Positions 1 through 13,280 of a stretch of DNA of 64,000 bases are shown here, piece after piece. The position numbers and the translations under genes are program-made. The DNA is from Coniocarpon cinnabarinum (Eukaryota). Every line of letters starts with the position of its first letter. The stretch's first letter is position 1. The notes beneath the pieces are model-generated. The model saw nothing but the letters and a program-made list of their open reading frames with translations, did not search any database and was not told where the DNA came from. Where the stretch lies: positions 124,001-188,000 of the forward strand of contig JAVECO010000016.1 of NCBI GenBank assembly GCA_051942205.1, given 5' to 3'.

Positions 1-56
1 TCGCTCGACCAGAGGGCATATTCGCCACCTGGCGTTGTTCTTCAAGAGCCGTTGCC

Positions 57-2187
57 ATGGAAAAGCAGCCACCGAGTGATGTCGAGGCTGGCATGCCCAA
101 GCCTATTCCGCACTTTCAACAGATCTTCAATCAGGGAGTCGTCACCGATGACATACGCAATTGGCATTACAAAGGCTCTGGCACCGACCAAGACCCCTAT
201 ATCGTTGTCTGGATCGACCATGATCCGCGCAATCCCATGCTTATGCCACAATGGAAGAAATGGTGCCTCGTCTTCATTGCCGCCATTGCGACTTTGGCTG
301 TGTCTTTTGCGTCCAGTGCATACAGCAGTGGTGTCATCCAAATTGAGCGCCAATTTGGCATTTCTGAAGAAGTCACGTTGCTGGGAGTGTCATTGTTCGT
401 GGTGGGATTCGCCATCGGGCCATTGCTATGGGCGCCTTTGAGTGGTGGGTTCTTGTCGACTCAGAACTTTGGGGACGACGGGTGGCTGATCGTCTCGCGC
501 AGAGCTGTACGGTCGTCAATACCTCTTCTTTGGAACATACATGGCTTTCACAGCTTTCAATGCTGGCGCTGCTGGCTCGAAGAATAGCTGGACGCTGATC
601 ATTCTCCGGTTCTTTGCAGGCGCATTTGGCAGCTCCCCACTGACGAATGCCGGTGGTCTTATTGCGGACATGTTTGCAGCGAATCAGCGCGGAGTGGCCT
701 TACCACTTTTCGCCGCCGCTGCTTTCCTTGGACCCGCGCTAGGTCCCATTGTTGGCGGCTTTGTCGGTCAACTCGTGAGCTGGCAATGGATTGAGGGTGT
801 CATTGCAATATTTTCTGGAGTTGTCTGGATTGCTGGTGGATTATGCATTCCGGAAACGTACCCACCTGTACTCTTGCGACAGCGCGCCATGACGTTGACC
901 AAAGAAACCGGCAAAATTTATAAGAGTCAAGTGGACGCAGACCAAGGCAAAGTAACGTTGGGTCATGCATTCAAGACATCCTTGTCCCGGCCTTGGATCT
1001 TACTTCTTCGCGAGCCGATTGTGTTGTTGCTGTCGATATACATGGCCATTATCTATGGGACTCTGTACCTGTTGTTCGCTGCGTTCCCAATTGTCTACCA
1101 AGAATATCGCGGCTGGAGTCAAGGAATTGGTGGTCTTGCTTTTCTCGGAGTCATGGTCGGCATGCTACTCGCTGTCTGTTACGCAGTCTGGGACAACAAA
1201 CGATATATTAGAGCAGCAAAAAATGATCCAAGCGGCTTTGCACCACCTGAGGCACGATTGCCCCCATGTCTGGTGGGTTCGTTAATCTTACCAATCGGCT
1301 TGTTTTGGTTTGCGTGGACGAATTCACCTAGCATCAGCTGGGTTCCATCAGTCATTGCTGGTGCACCATTTGGCTTCGGAATGGTCCTGGTCTTTTTGTC
1401 AATCATGAACTATCTCATTGACGCGTATGTCATCTTTGCGGCGTCAGTCCTGGCCGCGAACAGTGTCTTGCGGTCATTATTTGGTGCCATTTTCCCTCTC
1501 TTTACCACCTACATGTACGAAAATCTTGGGTGAGTTTCACGTCCCGCTTGAAACTACGTATGGCCGGGACACAGACTGACATACATCTATAGTATCCATT
1601 GGGCTTCTTCCATTCCAGCATTCCTCGCCCTGGCTTGCGTGCCTTTCCCTTTCCTCTTTTACAGATATGGCTACTCAATCCGCGTGCGCTGCAAGTTTGC
1701 TGCGGAAGCCGATCTCTTCCTCAAGAAGATGCGTGGCCAGGTGGATGCAGCGAAGAAAGACCTGGACGAAAGCAGTAGTGATGTTGTCGAAGGCGATGTT
1801 GAAAAAGAGCGTAACGCCGAAAAAGAAGATGAACGTGAACAGGAAGCGTATGATTACAGCTATGACGACGATTGGGAAAAGAGGCAATCAGCCGCCGATG
1901 GTCGATTCCAGAAGATCAAGACGGGTCAGAGTACGACGAGCTTGCAGCAGACCAAGAGTCACGAGTATGAGGCGAGTCCATTCGACCTCGATCGAACGAA
2001 CACCAAGGAGAGCTTCAGTCGAGGCGCATCGAGGAATGCATCGAGAAACGCGTCAAGGATGGTGTCGAGGACCGCGTCGAGGACGGCGAGTCCTACCAGA
2101 AGTGTGAAGAGTAAGAAAAGCAACCGAAGTTTACGAAAACAAAAAAGTAGCAAGAGCATCAACGAAACACTACCCGGGCTTTTCTGA
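57..2187 (+). CDS. MFS multidrug/polyamine transporter, DHA1 family (3 exons; introns 445-502 and 1530-1592)
   Basis: Motifs [50 protein letters not shown] and PPEARL, with many TM helices. Splicing gtgggt..gcag and gtgagt..atag joins three ORFs in frame. Confidence 0.93.
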
Positions 2188-2846
2188 AAGAACAACGACG
2201 GACGGATAACAGGTTTGATGTTTTGCGTTTGCTGTGATAAACCAATGCATAGCGGTTGCATAGCACGGCTGTCTCGAATTTGGAGGCTACCTGGCATCTG
2301 TCGGCGTTCATGTTTTGATGCATATATAATGAGTCTATGTAATGTCACGGCATCTTAATGGAATGGAGTCAATCGAGCTTGTTTCACCAGAACGTTCGAT
2401 CCTGCAGTACTACCTCGACGCTTCCATCACTTCCTCACTGTATCATTTGCGCGCGGTCATTAGGTATCTCCATTGCCTCACCCAGGTGAAGTAGGTGATG
2501 GATGTTGACCCTGCCCGTGTATCGTTATCGATAACAAGCCGGCCGCGGCCTGGACCGCCGAGATCGTCACCAAGTCGCCTCTTCGCTGTACAGACGAGCA
2601 TGCGATCCATCTCTTCTCCAGCCTACCTAAAACCATATCCTTCGCGTCCACAGCCACCTATAGATACCTATATAACCTACAGACTATCAGACCACGACAA
2701 AAGCCATGCGCCCAGCCTAGAACGCCGCCCTCTCAATTTCAGCACACAGATCGCTCCGATCTTATCCGCTGCGCATCTCACGCACCTGCAGAGGCTGAGC
2801 TACTGCACCGTTGACCTTCTGTCCTCTGTCAATCTTTGCAGTTGCA

Positions 2847-3882
2847 ATGTCGACTTATAAACCGCCTGTTCCGGAGACGCCACGGAGACGGACGACCTCG
2901 CTGAATAAGACGAAAGTCACGATCAACTGCTATGATCTCCTCCCGGTATGAATGTGCCTTTTCTCTAGTCTCTGAGCTTTACATGATTCTCTGTCCATGC
3001 TATCGCATGTAATCGTCCCCGCGCCCTCAATTTCTTGCCCAAACATCCCACCGCCCTCCAGCCGCCAACCTCCGCACCCTCCCCCATTCTCAAAACCCTC
3101 TACTAATCTTCTCTCCATAGCCCGGCCCCTTCACAACCCTCCTCTGGACGACCGGCCTCTCCCTGCTGCACTCCGGCGTCGCCATAAACTCAAAAGAATA
3201 CTCCTTTGGCGGCCACGACACCCCCAACTTAACGGGCGTCTACCACAACGCGCCCGGCTGCGGTCCGCCCGGGTCAACGCACCGCCACGAGATCGTCCAC
3301 GGCTTCACCATCCTGACGGCCCCCGAGATCGACGCCGTCATCAAGACCGCGTCGCGACGGTTCCTGGGCAGTGAGTGGAATTTGCTGGAGAAGAACTGTA
3401 ACCACTTCACGAGTTATCTGTGTTTGGAGTTGACGGGGATGGAGGCGCCGAGTTGGCTGAATCGCGCGGCAAGGGTGGGGGTGAGGTTGCCGTGTTTGCT
3501 GCCGAGAGAGGTGGTGGGGCGGGTGCCGATTGAGGAGGAGGGAGTGCTGGAGGAGGAAGAGGAGAGTGATGAGGAGGTTGGATTGCTGGGGCGGATGAGA
3601 AGTAGAGAGAGCGCTTTGGTGGAGGATGAGTCGGAGGTGGAGGAACAGGAGGAACAGGGGAGAGGTGGGGGAAGTGAGTACACGAGTGAGAGTGAGGAAG
3701 AAGAAGAGGAGGCGAGAAGATCCCGTATGGGCGATAGTCTCCGGCCGCCTCTTGATACGCGACGATCAAGTGGCAAAGCCGCTGACGTCAAGAAGAAAAA
3801 GAAGAGCTCGGTCAGGGATCGGGATATTCGCGACACGGATGGACGACTGGTGCCTGTGAGTGAGCGGGCGCCTGCTCCGTGA
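2847..3882 (+). CDS. PPPDE/DeSI family peptidase (desumoylase/deubiquitinase-like) with acidic C-terminal tail; intron 2946-3120
   Basis: Spliced protein reads MSTYKPP...VTINCYDLLP|PGPFTTLLW..LLHSGVAINSKEYSFGGH...WNLLEKNCNHF. The His and NCNHF Cys of the PPPDE catalytic dyad are both present. Confidence 0.88.
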
Positions 3883-4557
3883 TCTGCGCACGATTGTATA
3901 TTTACGAGTATATTTATGAAATACTGTACACTCTGTTACATAGTGATGATTCTTGACTGACGATGCGAACAGCGCGAGAGGCGGAGAAGCAGGATCCGGC
4001 GACGGTGTCATCGTCAGAGTTGGACGGCGGATGTGGAGTGTATCAAGGAGGGTTGGCTGAGCTGGCGGAAGGCGAGGAGAGCGCGGCGATTGTCGATATT
4101 GGCGGGGGCAATGAGCTGAGATGCCGGCGAGGTGGAATTGGAGAAGGTGACGGGGATGAGGTTGTGATGACTTAGGCTGGACTGTGGCGGGCAGATTGAC
4201 GAGCAAATTGAGAATATTCACTCTTTCACTTGAGTCAACGACAACATCTCGTTGTAGTGCTTGTGCCTTTCAAATGCCCCAATACTCTTCGGCAATGCGC
4301 TGTGCGACCCTCTCCCCTTGATTGAGCTCAGTCGCCTCAAACATTTGACTGCACCGCTCTGGGACGCCTCGTCTTGTCTTCTCAATATTGAGACATGGCT
4401 GTTAGTTTCGCTGCATGTCATAGCCACTACCATTGAGTCGAGTAGCCTGATCACCACGTCTAATCTTGTATTTGCGTCTCACTCACCACATGTCCAACCT
4501 TCATCCTTTCACACTCGATCCTTGACAAACGCATCTTCTTACCACGAGGAACAGCAA

Positions 4558-5310
4558 TCAACCCAATCTCCTCATCTTCCGACTCCTCGTCCCTCCAAAC
4601 TTCAGCCTTGTCCCATCGCTAATCCTCACAATCTTATCCCGTACTCCCTGCCCCTCCACCCCCATCAAACACTTCGTCACCGCCTCCCTCCCAATCCCAA
4701 ACCCTCGTAGCAATACCTCCATGTACAATATACTGCCCGTTAACCCCTTCTCCCGCATTCGTCCAAAGACGTAATTCGACAGTTGATACGCAGCATCATA
4801 CGACCCTCTGTTCGCCTTGCGAAACCCCAAGTTCCCCGCGGAAAGCGAAATCAGCGGATTCCGCGTAGGGCTCGTGAGAGTGATGTGGGTATTGTGTTTG
4901 GTCGCGTAGACGTGAAAGTGGTATAAGTTCATGGCGTGGCGCTCTGACAACGTGTAATCGCGCATCTGCCCGCCGAGGGAATCCTCCCCCATCGTCCCTA
5001 GCAACGCTGTTGCGGCTTGGTCACGGGCGGAGGCAGTGCTGGGAGCGGTGCCCGCGTTTGGCGAATTGAGAGGAGGTCGTCGGGGTGGACGGGTGGGCCT
5101 TCGAGGCGTTTGGTCTGGGCGAGTAGCTGGTTCGGTGAGGTCGTCGAACATGTTTAGGAAGTTGGATTGGCCTTCTGGTGCCGAAAGGGCCGTGGTGGTG
5201 TTGAGCGAGCGGGTCTCAGTTATTTTCGAGGCATTTCGTGATATTTGGAAGCGACAAGATGTGCAGAGGGAAAGAGAGAGGAGTTGAGTGCTGCTTCGTG
5301 AGAATGCCAT
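4558..5310 (-). CDS. MRPS18: Mitochondrial small-subunit ribosomal protein uS11m
   Basis: uS11 motifs HVYATKHNTHITL, SAGNLGFRKANRGSYDAA, LRGFGIGR and FGGTRSRKMRRL; Ser/Arg-rich N-terminal presequence. Confidence 0.92.
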   Translation of the reverse strand: MAFSRSSTQLLSLSLCTSCRFQISRNASKITETRSLNTTTALSAPEGQSNFLNMFDDLTEPATRPDQTPRRPTRPPRRPPLNSPNAGTAPSTASARDQAATALLGTMGEDSLGGQMRDYTLSERHAMNLYHFHVYATKHNTHITLTSPTRNPLISLSAGNLGFRKANRGSYDAAYQLSNYVFGRMREKGLTGSILYMEVLLRGFGIGREAVTKCLMGVEGQGVRDKIVRISDGTRLKFGGTRSRKMRRLG

Positions 5311-5688
5311 TGTGATGCAAAGTTGAGTCCGAAGCTAGAATTTGTGGAGGATGGCGATGCGCAAATGTCAAGCAAAGCTATGTCTTGCTCGGGGAAAGTG
5401 CGTGTCGCCCTCAGACAGCTCCCAGCGCGTTCAATCAGTGACCGGGAATGTCTTTTTGACTTGAGTATCTAAGAAACGGAGACAAATACTAAGTTGAAAA
5501 GCTCTCTAGGGTGCTTGAAACCCTTGAGAGCTCGGCAAACTCCGCTAGCGTCATCTTGCAAATCATGCGACCTCGCCATCAAGAATGTTCGTCAGCAACT
5601 TTTTGACGATTATGTATCTGCCTGCGCTCTTCTCATCTTGATCTTTCACGAGCAGGCAGTACAGAACTCTTGAATTATATCCCGCAGC

Positions 5689-7329
5689 ATGAGTGCCCTT
5701 TCTAAAGGTCTCCTGCGGACTTCTCTAAGGAGCGGTGGCGCCCTTCACACATCTGCTTCGGCTTCAGCGAAATATGGAAGATCGCCTGCGTACAGGAGGA
5801 TAGCAGCCTTTCATGATGGCATGCGACCTCATACATCTCCTACGAAACCTATAGTTCAGCCTCTACCTGTCCTCTCCTCAATCTATCTTCCCGACGCTCT
5901 AAGACCATCGCTCGCCTCCTTTTCTCGGCAAGTACATTCTACCACTCTGTTATGGCAGCAAGCCCCAAAAGAAGACATCAAGGATTCGCCTCGGGAAGAG
6001 CAACAATCATCTTCGAGTTCATCTCAGGAGCAGCAAAATCAACAACAGGAGCAACAGAACGGCGACCAGGAAAAGGAGGATCAGCAAGGCGAGCGAAAGG
6101 GAGAGCAGAAGGAGGAGCAGAAAGAGGAGAAACAGGAGAAGTCAGCGCCTCCGCCTCATGGCGACAAGTCACCATGGCAAGTGTTCACAGAGACACTGTC
6201 CTCTGAGTTTAAGGCGTCCAAGGAATGGAACGAGTCCACCAAGGCGCTGTCAGGCCAAGTGCAGGACTTTACACAGAATGAGAATATGCAGCGCGTGCGA
6301 AAGGGCTATGCTGCAGCTTCCGACGCCGCTTCATCCACCACGGGGCGGATCTTGTCTGGCACTGGACGAGCCATTGGTCAAAGCGCAGCATGGACATGGG
6401 ATACAACGCCGGTGAAAGGTCTGCGCGTCGGCGCTAACGCTACAGGCCGAGTTATGGAGAAGGCCACACGACCGCTCCGAGAGACCGAGGCTTTCAAAAG
6501 CGTGGCGAACGTCATTGATGACGGTTCCTCGTCCCGCTACGGCGGCTGGAGCGAGCGCGACGAACGGCGTGCGAAACGTGATCGGCGCGAGTCGGAAGAG
6601 GTTAAACGGACAGGCCGACCCCGACAAGCGGAGAAGGTGGAAGAAGATCCCAATGCAGGGACGAATGTAACATTACACAAGGACGCGGCATGGAAAGAAA
6701 GCTGGCGGAAGTTTAGGGAAACAAGTCCCCTCTTCGGTCGGATCGACAGTATGAAGACGACCTACGCCGAAAGCGAGAACCCGCTCATCTCAACGGCGCG
6801 AAGCATCACGGATCGGTTTGCAGGCTTCTTTGCGGAGAACGAGACAGCGACAGTAATTAAGGCGTTCCGATCCATGGATCCGAGTTTCCAGCTGGAGACT
6901 TTCCTTCAAGACATGCGCGAATACATTCTCCCAGAGGTGCTAGACGCCTACGTCAAAGGCGACGTCGAAATCCTCAAGATGTGGCTAAGCGAGGCACAAT
7001 TCCAAGTCTACAGCGCACTGATGCGGCAATACACGACCGCCGGCCTCAAAAGCGATGGGCGTATTCTCGACATTCGAAACGTCGACGTTCTGAATGCGCG
7101 CATGCTTGAGCCAAGCGAGATTCCGGTGTTCATCCTCAGCGCGAGGACGCAAGAGGTGCATGTCTATCGGAATGCGAAGTCCGGAGATCTCGCGGCGGGG
7201 ATGGAGGATAAGGTGCAGCAGGTTACTTATGCGATTGGGTTGACGAGATTACCCGAGGAGGTGAATAATCCGGAGACGAGGGGATGGCGGTTGATTGAGT
7301 TGCAGAAGAGCAGTCGTGACTTTTACTGA
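5689..7329 (+). CDS. TIM44: Mitochondrial import inner membrane translocase subunit Tim44
   Basis: Basic presequence; motifs SPWQVF, SSRYGGW, ESENPLIST, DPSFQLETFL..MREYILPEVLDAY and NPETRGWRLIE (Tim44 domain). Confidence 0.95.
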   Translation: MSALSKGLLRTSLRSGGALHTSASASAKYGRSPAYRRIAAFHDGMRPHTSPTKPIVQPLPVLSSIYLPDALRPSLASFSRQVHSTTLLWQQAPKEDIKDSPREEQQSSSSSSQEQQNQQQEQQNGDQEKEDQQGERKGEQKEEQKEEKQEKSAPPPHGDKSPWQVFTETLSSEFKASKEWNESTKALSGQVQDFTQNENMQRVRKGYAAASDAASSTTGRILSGTGRAIGQSAAWTWDTTPVKGLRVGANATGRVMEKATRPLRETEAFKSVANVIDDGSSSRYGGWSERDERRAKRDRRESEEVKRTGRPRQAEKVEEDPNAGTNVTLHKDAAWKESWRKFRETSPLFGRIDSMKTTYAESENPLISTARSITDRFAGFFAENETATVIKAFRSMDPSFQLETFLQDMREYILPEVLDAYVKGDVEILKMWLSEAQFQVYSALMRQYTTAGLKSDGRILDIRNVDVLNARMLEPSEIPVFILSARTQEVHVYRNAKSGDLAAGMEDKVQQVTYAIGLTRLPEEVNNPETRGWRLIELQKSSRDFY

Positions 7330-8332
7330 TTGATGTCGTCGGCATCTTCAGCAGGCACGCCTACAGCGTTTTGGCTTTCGTCACTTTTCACTCCGCAGCG
7401 TCGACTTCGACCTCCTCTCATCAACAGGAGGCTGATTTGGAGATTCGCTTGCTCAGCTTGCTCATCTCGAGCATACAGCAGTGACTGCCTTCTAACCCAG
7501 CATCCCAGCAACGCTATTCAGCTGCAACCTCCTTGCCTCTAGCCTCTCGACACGAAGCCGAGCGCACTTATGCTCTCCCTTCGCCCACCACTTACACCGC
7601 GATTCTCCTAGCCACACCTCACCAGCTACACCTCCTAATCTCTGTGAAACTTCAGCGCGGCGTTCAGGAAAAAGCATCTGGGCCATTCTCTACTTGAGGC
7701 CCAATCTCCGGCTATTCTCCCCTCCTGTACATTTAGTAAACAAGCTATATAGGCTTCTGTGCTCAGTTAAGCATCTTGCGGAAGCGTTTAGGCTTCGCGC
7801 CCTAGCTCCCATCTTCTGAGGCCTTTCACGCTTCTTACTGTTTTCTGTGAAGTGTGTAGATGTAAGATCTTGCTGTTCCTACTCTCTAGTCTACGTACGA
7901 GCACTGGAGAATTCGATGGCATTTGGTGGGTTTGCGCTAGAATGTGGGATAATACGATTTCTGTGAGAATCAATCCTCACATCATGCTGATGACTCTGCT
8001 TACGATGAGAGTTTCGGAGATGTAGCAGACGACAGTGGGAATCAAGATATGATCTGAGGCAAAAATTCGAATACTGCGTGCACGTCTAAAATTAGGGTGT
8101 TATTAACATGCAGTATCTACTGTTCGTTAGCAGTGCTCTGTAGTAGCCAGCTGAATCCCATTAAAGTGATTCACTTTGAAAGAGCTTAACAAACCGTAGC
8201 TTCAACGAAGGTGAGGAAATTGCCATACCAGCTGGTTCGCAGCAAGTAGCGAAGCCAGGCCACGAAACACTTTCTCGGCCAGGACGTTATGCAGAGTACC
8301 GAATCATATATGTACAGTCATTCCACATTCAC

Positions 8333-11300
8333 TCATACCACAGCCTTATCCAAAGCCTGCCCCTTACACATCTCATAATAAACACCCCGCGTCCCAAGCA
8401 ACTCCACATGACTACCACACTCTACAATGCGACCCGCCTGAAACACAAAAATGCAATCAGCATCTTTGACGGTGCTCAGCCGATGCGCCACGGCAATCGT
8501 GCTGCGCTGTCCGTCTTGCGCAGCCTCGGAAAGGGCGGCCTGGACAATCTTCTCGCTTTCGGTGTCCAGAGCGCTGGTCGCTTCGTCGAGCAATAGAAGT
8601 CGAGGATCGCGGATTAGAGCACGGGCGATTGCGACGCGCTGGCGTTGACCGCCTGAGAGCTTCGAGCCACGGGCGCCGACGTTAGTACTGAGACCTTCGG
8701 GAAGGGATGTGACGAAATCAAAGATGTTGGCGTCTTTACAAGCTTGTTCGATTTGGGACTCTGTAGGGCGTTTCAACTCGGCTAGACCCATGGCGACATT
8801 CTCACGGACACTACCTTGATAGAGAACCGGCTCTTGTTGGACGAGTGCGAGTCGACGGCGATGGCTTTGAGGATTGATGTCGTGTATTGGTTGGTCATTA
8901 AGGGTGATGTAGCCAGATGTGGGATCGTAGAAGCGGGAGAGGAGGTTTATCATCGTGGACTTGCCGCAGCCTGAGGGGCCGACAATGGCTACGAATCTGC
9001 CCGGTGCTACAGAGAAGTCGACATCGGATATGACGTTTGAGCGGGGACGAGACGGGTAGGCAAAGTCGAGGTTGTGGCAACCGATCGCGACGGAATTACA
9101 ATCTTGTGAGTATTTGCCTGATGGAGGATCGTCGGAGAAGTCATTGTCAATAACTGGGACTCGCTGGCGCAACCAGAAGATGTAATTGCAAGACCTCGTC
9201 GCTTTCGTGATGCTGGTTGTGTACTGGAAGAATGCAGCTGCGTTCTCGCCGCCCACCACGATAGCGAAGAACACGACGAAGAACTGCTGGTTGGTGTACT
9301 CGCCTGCTGATACTAGCTTGCCTCCGTACCAAAACCCCAGAGCCATGGCCAAGAAGTTGATGCATTGCATAAGCGCATACCAGAACATGGTAAAAGTAAG
9401 AGCTTTCATGGATTGCTTTGCTACTACATCCAGTCGGTTGCGGTAGATCTGTAGCATCTTATTCTCCAGCGTTAACGAAGCCACCGTGCGTATAGCCGAG
9501 ATTGCTTCGGTGGCAATCGCCGTGCTACTGGCGAAGCGCTTAGAAGTAGCCTCTTCTAGCTTATATTCAAGGCGGATGCGTGCGTAGCCACTGAATACCA
9601 TGGGAGGGAGTACGGCGAACACGCAGACTAGCCCCAGCTTCCAGCCATAAGCGATTCCCATGATTGAGATTGAGACCACAGTGCTGATATTGATTAGTAT
9701 GAGACCAGAGTTGATGCCCAGTAACTCGTTCAGGTCTGATGCGTTGGATAGTAGTCTCGAGCAAATCGCGCCAGTAGCGTTGTGTTCTGCATCGAAGAAG
9801 CCGATGTCTTGCTTCATGGTGTTTCTGAAGAGCTCACATCGATACCGACGGCTGACCTTCTAAAGGCATATGGCGATCAGCGCTGAGCGTTACAGATGGG
9901 AAGAGGGATGGGTCACTTACTTGGATGATGATATTGACTATCCATCCCAAGATAAAGTAAAGGAAGAGGTTAGCAATAGCGACAACGAAAAACATTAGCG
10001 CCCAGAAATTTCCACGGCTGATCATATCAACGCGCGACAATTCGAAGACATGAAGTGTCTGTGCAAAGATCACAGCTTGTGCTGGAAATGTACCTCCTAT
10101 ATCGTGTTAGAGAATTCAACTTCAGGTATATGAGATGGACTGACCTCCTAAAATACACACAACGGCGACAACAGCGTAGAGTCCCCAGAGTCTTCGTTGC
10201 TCTTTCAAAAGAAGCCAGAGACACCAGAGGGTACCATATCGCATGGTCTCCTTGTCGAGTTTTGTATCTTTCTCATCCATGGCGAGGGATTCAGCACCAA
10301 CGCTTTTTGTATGCTGCAGCGACAACGTTCCTACAGATTGCGCGTCGCTGTCCTCATCTGCGCTAAATTCTTTCTCTTTGGAATCGGCCTGCTCTTGTGT
10401 ATCATTGCGGGTCTTTTCAAGATCCTGCGCTCCGGCAAGTCTCGCATAAGCACCATCTTCAGCAATGAGTTCAGCATGTGTCCCTTGCTCGATAATCTTG
10501 CCAGCGGTCATGACAGCGATGTTGTCCGCTTTCTGGACTGTGGAGAGTTTATGTGCGATAGTGATGGTTGTGCGACCGATCGAGATATTATCCAACGTGC
10601 GCTGAACGATCTTCTCGGCCTTTGGGTCCAGAGCGCTTGTCGCTTCATCTAGAAGCAGAACCGATGGTCGAGATATTATGCTGCGTGCGATGGCGATGCG
10701 CTGCTTTTGGCCGCCGGACAGCATGCGCGCTCGCTCGCCAATCTGGGTATTATATTGCCGAGGCAAATTTTCTATGAACTCATGGGCATAGGCGTCTCGG
10801 CATGCTTCTTTCACGAGGGCGAGTTTCTGCTCGTACGAAGCTTCTGCATACTGTGTTCCTTCCAAGCCAAACGAGACATTGTCGAAGATTGTACCGCTGA
10901 ATAGAACCGGCTCCTGCTGCACAAGCCGCACCTGCGTGCGTAACCAGGCAACATTGAGTTCCCGAATGTCAACGCCATCAAGCAGAATTTTACCCGCTGC
11001 TTGATCGTACCAGCGTTCAAGAAGCCCAACAATGGTACTCTTACCCGAACCACTGGCGCCGACGAGTGCCGTAGTCTTGCCGGCAGGAGCGGTCAAGCTC
11101 AGACTGTTAAGGACCAATGTGTTTGGACGAGAAGGATAGGCGAACTCGAGGTCTTGAATCTTGACCTCACCAGTACACTTTTGCGGCACTAGGCCAACCG
11201 TTGAGAGCGAGTCAATAGCGGGTTTCTCGTCGATGACGCGAAAAAGATCATCAGCGGCCGCGGCGGCTTTTGTGATTGTTACGATGTGTGGAGTGATCTG

Positions 11301-12379
11301 AGTAAGGACCGTTGCAGCGAGTACAACGGCAAATATAACGCTGAGAAGGAAATTAGTCAAGGTTCATAACTTGTAAGGTGGCGTATGCATGTACGTGACA
11401 ATATCACCCGGTTCTTTGATCTCATCACGAGCATACATCCTGATCCCTTGCCAAAATGCAAGACCATATCCCGAGTAGACGCAGAAGAACTCGGTTGAAA
11501 ACAGGACGCCGTAATTTGGCGACTTCTTCATGCCCACACGCTCCATTTCCGCGAGAAAGACCTCGTAACGCTCGGCCATCAAAGGCTGTAACCAGAACGC
11601 ATGGACGGTTGAGATACTGGAAAAGACCTCTTCTGCAAGCTGGCTCGAGCGAGAGAAAATACTCATTAGCTTATCCTCATTCTTTAGCTCGATGCTCATG
11701 CAAATGCTGGTGACGATGATGATGGTTGGAACGACGCAAACAGTTATCAGTGTCAGTTTCCATTGCACGGCGAAAGCTACGACGAAAGCGGCTACGAACG
11801 TCGCGCAGCTCTGCACGAAGATGGACAGCTTTTCTGAGATACCGTTCGTGACATGGTTGCCATTCGTGGTACCTTTGACAGAGGGTGACTCGGCGGCTTT
11901 AGAATCGAAGTAGCTCATGTCCTGGCGCAAAAGACTTTGTAAGAAGTCCAATCTCAATGCCTTCGTGGCCCGGATAGCCGCTATCGACACGGCGACTGAG
12001 TGAATGTAGACCAAGCAGAACTTAGCAATGGCGAGATACACAAAGTATAGGCTGATAGTCATAGATTAGACGTCGGCTTCGCCATATATGAGCTACTGAT
12101 TACTGACGCATATTTTGATACCTGGCTCATATACTGATCAGGGGTAACAGCGCCAACGGCAAAGTTGTTGAAAGTGGTCACGAACTTGCCAAAGACAAGA
12201 TCCATCAAAGGAAGCGCAATACCAGCAGCAACTGCGGCTACGAGAGCTGCGAAGTATAGGCTCGAACTAGCCCTGTCAGCGTAAGTGAATATTCGCATGT
12301 AGCTCTTGAACCCAGATGGGTTTGCCTGCTCCTTAGCATCATCTGGATTCCGCTCTTGAGTCTTCTCCTCGTACGACAT
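8333..12379 (-). CDS. Full-length ABCB/MDR (P-glycoprotein-like) ABC transporter, multi-exon
   Basis: TMD-NBD-TMD-NBD layout. Walker A GASGSGKS and GPSGCGKS, two LSGGQ signatures, two LLLDEATSALD. ORF pieces are separated by short introns near 12.06-12.11, 11.34-11.40, 10.10-10.14 and 9.86-9.92 kb. Confidence 0.95.
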
Positions 12380-13280
12380 GGCGAGCGCCGTTTCCCGAAG
12401 CTACACCAGTCTGTACAGTGGAACAGCCTATTTGCAACAATATCGGTGGCGGTGATTGTGATATCGGCGTTGATGGGAGAGCATAATGGATGGTGAAAAA
12501 TGCTGACTCATCATTCTTCCAATTCAAATATACTCAGCTGATTCGTCCGACGCTGTAATTCTTGACAAAAGTATCTTGCATTGCTCCATACGATGACGAA
12601 TCAATGGCGACCAAAAGCTGTAGCCTGGTGGCCCCACATCACGAAATATACAAAGGTTGCATTAGGTCCCCAACAGTCATGACCGGAATACGAGCCCTGC
12701 GTTTACTCCTGAGACAATCGGAACAAGCAATCGGCCAGTACTCGGAGCCATTGAACCGCATTGGAGAATGGGACATTTGGAACAAGTCTGACATCACAAT
12801 TGAGCGCAAGACACGAATCTATTACTGATTCCTTGACGTCAGGAGACGCGGATCTCTCGGAAATTCGATCACGTGACTAATGGAAGCTTGAGATTGAAAA
12901 ATCACGTGATCTTCGTCCTCCTTTCGCTTCACTGAAGCTGCACAGATTTTCAAAAACCTGTTATGTCGAGTGCACAGCCCCCTTGCTCTTCGCGTGACGT
13001 GATGCAGATGGCGCAGAGTGTCGATTGTATCATTACCAGTCAATCGAAAATAGAGAGTATCGACAAGCTAAATGAGGAACACAGTACATGCTCGAGAAGG
13101 AGAGTAAATCAGAAGAAAAGCGACCGCTTCACAATGCTCCCGGTAAAGTTGTTTTTCTATCTGAGTCAATATGGTCCCGACAATTTGTTTGCTTTCCCTC
13201 AGCATTACGTCTGCTGCTCAAGTCTCCTTGCTGTCTTCACCCTTACCCAACACATTGGTAGTCATCGTAAACAGTAAACA

